Assembly (NCBI GenBank): GCA_030141605.1
Contig: JAQGDQ010000283.1
Span: 236,321 to 300,320 of the forward strand
DNA length: 64,000 nucleotides
Source of the DNA: Tubiluchus corallicola
Taxonomy: Eukaryota; Animalia; Priapulida
Direction of reading: 5' to 3'
Position numbers and translations under genes: made by a program. Positions 60,780 to 64,000 of this stretch are shown piece by piece (the first letter of the stretch is position 1; every line of letters starts with the position of its first letter). The notes beneath the pieces were generated by a model that saw nothing but the letters and a program-made list of their open reading frames with translations, made no database searches and was not told the origin of the DNA.

Positions 60780-61520
60780 TAGGTCATGAACCTAGTTTGA
60801 TGTATTATTGCTAGTGGTTGTCAGCAGCTGTGGAGACAACTTTCAAAGTTAAAGTTCCGTTCTAAAATTTGCTGATGATATCAAGGTTTTTAAACCAACG
60901 GGTAGTTGTGAAGAAATTTTTAATGTACAAGAAGACTTGATCAAAATGTATGAGTGGTCATTTGACTGTCAGGTGCCGTTTAATTCAAACAATAGTGAAT
61001 GTAGCCTTTTTAGGTTTCAATTGTGTATGTGTTGATTATTGTATGGAAGATGTAAGACTGGAGAGTATTGTTGAAGTTAAAGATTTGGGAGTGTGAGTCG
61101 CTGAAGACTGGCCGAGGGTGCACTTGATTGCAGTTTTAAAAAAATTATTGTGAATGGATTTGTCGGCCTGGGGTGTAAGACATTTTTACAGTTAGTGATG
61201 TCAGCAGAAAAAGGATCACACCAAGAAATTAATGAAAAGAAGAATCAGATTTGATCTTGGAAAATAATAGTTTCAACCAAATTGTTATTAATACCCAGAA
61301 CCTGCTAACAGAGGTAGCTGTGAACTCCCCCGTGTAAATCTTTCAAGGGCCATTTGGTGGAGCTCTTGAGAAGACTGGTGAACACAACACCAATCAAACA
61401 ACCCAGTTACCATTGCCACCAATTACATTGCCGTTTTAAAGTTGGTGGTCATTAGTAAGTAAAATGTTTAAATGCTGCACTCCGTGCTTGTTTGTGTAAA
61501 TACGAAATAAATAAAATACA
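60780..61520 (+). mobile_element. 5'-truncated degenerate CR1-like LINE (RT 3' end and tail)
   Basis: LKFADDIKVF (~60862), QEDLIKMYEWSFDCQVPFNSN, VKDLGV; it ends in an aaataaataaaata tail at ~61505-61518. Confidence 0.8.
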
Positions 61521-61539
61521 TAGAGCAGACTTAATTTTA

Positions 61540-63695
61540 AAAAGTTCTTAGGGTATACCTGCTGGAATTTACATCCACCAACCTATTACAATACTATGAA
61601 TAAATTTGGTGTACATTTGAATTTCCCATTGCAAAGTAACAAAGTTAGTCTAATGCAACAACTTTACAAACAAATCTTGAAAGTTACATTTAGGATACAG
61701 TTTAACAGTAAACAACTATAGTACAATATAAAAGTAGACCCTGATAAACGACAAAATTTAAATGAGTTTAGTACACTAAAATCGCATTTGCTATGATCAT
61801 ACTGCTACGTATTTTAAAGTCGTTTGTAAGAGCAATTTAAACAAACAAATATTGCTAGCAAGGTCTGATGCAACTTCGACTCTTGTAAATATGTCTTATT
61901 GCAAAATGCTAATCTATCGTTTTATACATTACTTTACACATCATAAAATAGTGCAACAGACAATAAAGGTATTTGTAATTAAAACTGTAAAGAAAAAAGA
62001 AGTACATAGTTTGAAAACTAAATATGCTTAATGTATGCGTAATGATAAAAAATATCCATTGATCTCGATATGTATACAATATTATTTACATACAATGTTG
62101 TTGTAAGAATAAAATTCATCAAGTCTTATGTGCATACTCATCTTCCAAAACCTCGCCTGCCAATTCTAGATTCCATTTTAACGACTTTAACAAGCGTTCA
62201 CAATGGCCACGAGTGGTTACACCTAATCTGAACAACTGCTCCACTTTCAAATGTTTAATAGCTTCCTCAGGGTTCCAGTGACAATGACTCAGTGCTGCAT
62301 GGCACTCCTCCATAGTGACACCATGCACCTGCTTCTGGACTTCTTCTATGAACTCTTGAGGATTGTTTCTGTTTGGGGGTGTAAGTTGAGCAAGCTGAGG
62401 ATGCATGCTTTCGGCATTGTATGGTAAGAGGTTTTTAACAGGAGGTGTTTGTTTAGTTACCACTGGAACAGCTGGCTCCGGTAACAAAGGTATGTGTGAT
62501 AAAGATGATATATTTGGATGAGAGCCAGTTAGCATTGCTGGTTGACTATAACCAAATGATTGACGTATGGTGGCTGGAGGTACAGTGGCTACTGGTTGAT
62601 TAATCTGTCGTACTGGTTGATAACCAGTGAGAACTGACCAATGGTCTACAAAGGTTGACTGAACAGTTGTGGTAGGGAATGATTTTGATAAATCAACAAG
62701 AAATGGCTTAACTTCAGCAGTTGTTTTTACAGGCAACTTTCTGTCAAACGTTTCTAAGTTAAGGTAATCGTGTGGGAGACTTTTTTTCTCAGGCTTAGAT
62801 GGTAACAGAAAGTAATGCGTAGAGCTGACCTGAATTCCATCTTGAACCATGGGTTCGATACGATGCTGAGGTGGTGGTGGTGCAGGAGTAGGCTTAGCTG
62901 GAGCAGTAATTGATGCGTGCAGACTTCTGTCAACGAAAGCTGGTAATCTAGCCTGACTCGTGTCAAATGGATCTACAAAACGAGGAAGTTCCACATTTGG
63001 AAGACTGTCTAGCAAGTTGCCTCGAGGTGCAATACTTGTAGTGTGGCTTGCAGGCTTTATTGGCATACGGGGTGGTAGGCCAGGCGAGCCATGCCATTCA
63101 GAAGATGCCTGAGGATTAGGCAAATTATGATGACGATTCTCAGATGGCATTATTCTGGGCTGAAGATGTGCTTTAGCCTTTGCTTCATAAGCAAGTTCTT
63201 TTGCATTTGTCTGTAAAGACACTAACTGACCAGAGGAAGACATCCAGCCACCATCTGCAGCCAGCTTGGTAGGGCTAAAGTCTGGTCGACTGGAAAGTGC
63301 TGTAGTTGTCATGGTAATAAGGTTCTCTGTTTCGGTTTGTTCTGTTTGAGGTGGTTCACTTGGTCTGGCAGGCTTCATAGAGGGTATTTCTTTCTGTAAA
63401 TCTTCCTCTGCATTCTGAACAGACTTATCTGAATTATTTACCAACAGATTAATTCGATTGTTGTCTGGCAGATTGAGCACTTGGTTATAGTCATTATTCG
63501 ATGTCCTACGTTCCACCTGTTCAGACACTCCTGTACGCACAGATGGTGGCACTATGCGAGACAGTGCATTTATTCCATGCGATGGATTAAATTTGGTCAC
63601 AATGCTTCTGTCTACCGGCCTGCCAGTAACAAGTGATAATGTATCACTGTCTACAGTGAAATTATGTAAGGAATTATTTGGCATGCAGGAATCAT
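61540..63695 (-). repeat. Inverted duplicate of the 3' part of the ACK terminal exon plus ~580 nt of 3' UTR
   Basis: Reverse complement of 57182-59337. Its 521-aa translation is identical to the ACK C-terminus. Confidence 0.97.
62119..63684 (-). pseudogene. Kinase-less partial ACK copy (521-aa ORF: proline-rich, Mig6-homology, UBA) inside the inverted duplicate; expression unsupported
   Basis: Starts at an internal Met of ACK (57193 in the parent). There is an in-frame TGA about 10 codons upstream across the junction. No promoter or upstream exons are evident. Confidence 0.6.
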
Positions 63696-64000
63696 CGGCT
63701 TTTGAGAAGTCATTTCAACTACCTACACAGTGCAGCACACGAACAGTAGAGGGTACCGCACCTGTTTACTATAGTAGTCCAGCCATCGAATATTCACCCA
63801 CAAAACCTCCATGCACATCAAAGTCTGTGCCGACGACTAGTGGTCTATATTATTCATCACCGGATTCTTTGACTAACCAAACACCTCGTTATTACAGTGT
63901 TCCAGAAAGAGTGTCAGAAGACATAGAAGAATCCGAACCTGTGTCTCAATCTTATGCTTTATCGTCTTCATTTTCGTCAACATTGGCAAAGTCTTTCCAG
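63691..64000 (+). repeat. Direct duplicate of the ACK terminal exon starting at 56451 (runs off the window edge)
   Basis: 63691-64000 matches 56451-56760 at a constant offset of 7240. It lacks the exon's splice acceptor at 56280. Confidence 0.97.

Noticed and set aside
61540-63695. Processed retrocopy of ACK
   Set aside because: No exon-exon junction, poly(A) tail or target-site duplication. It stops before the poly(A) signal and joins another genomic copy through microhomology.

Overview
AT-rich metazoan (invertebrate-like) genomic DNA with GT-AG introns; I found no prokaryotic features, RNA genes or CRISPR arrays. Four protein-coding genes can be reconstructed by hand with phase-consistent splice sites. 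(1) A type II membrane M1 zinc aminopeptidase on the minus strand, running off the left edge (ATG 1467; motif EAMEN). (2) A tandem paralogous M1 aminopeptidase (minus, 5383-9636, 2 exons, 1024 aa; motif AAMEN). (3) A nephrin/SYG-2/Sns-Hibris-like Ig superfamily receptor (minus, 22415-35748, 5 exons, 1344 aa), with nearly the whole ectodomain in one 3038-nt exon. (4) An ACK/TNK2-family tyrosine kinase (plus, 39299-58758, 13 coding exons, 1373 aa), head-to-head with the nephrin-like gene. The right end holds a forward-inverted-forward triplication of part of the ACK terminal exon: 61540-63695 is the reverse complement of 57182-59337, and a microhomology junction then leads into a direct copy of 56451 onward. 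This is either a real template-switch rearrangement (with hairpin-RNA or kinase-less ORF potential) or an amplification/assembly chimera. Transposon fossils include two CR1-like LINE remnants, an intron-containing DDE transposase, a Penelope GIY-YIG fragment, a probable BED-finger fragment and MITE-like repeats. All calls come from reading the sequence; no database searches were run.
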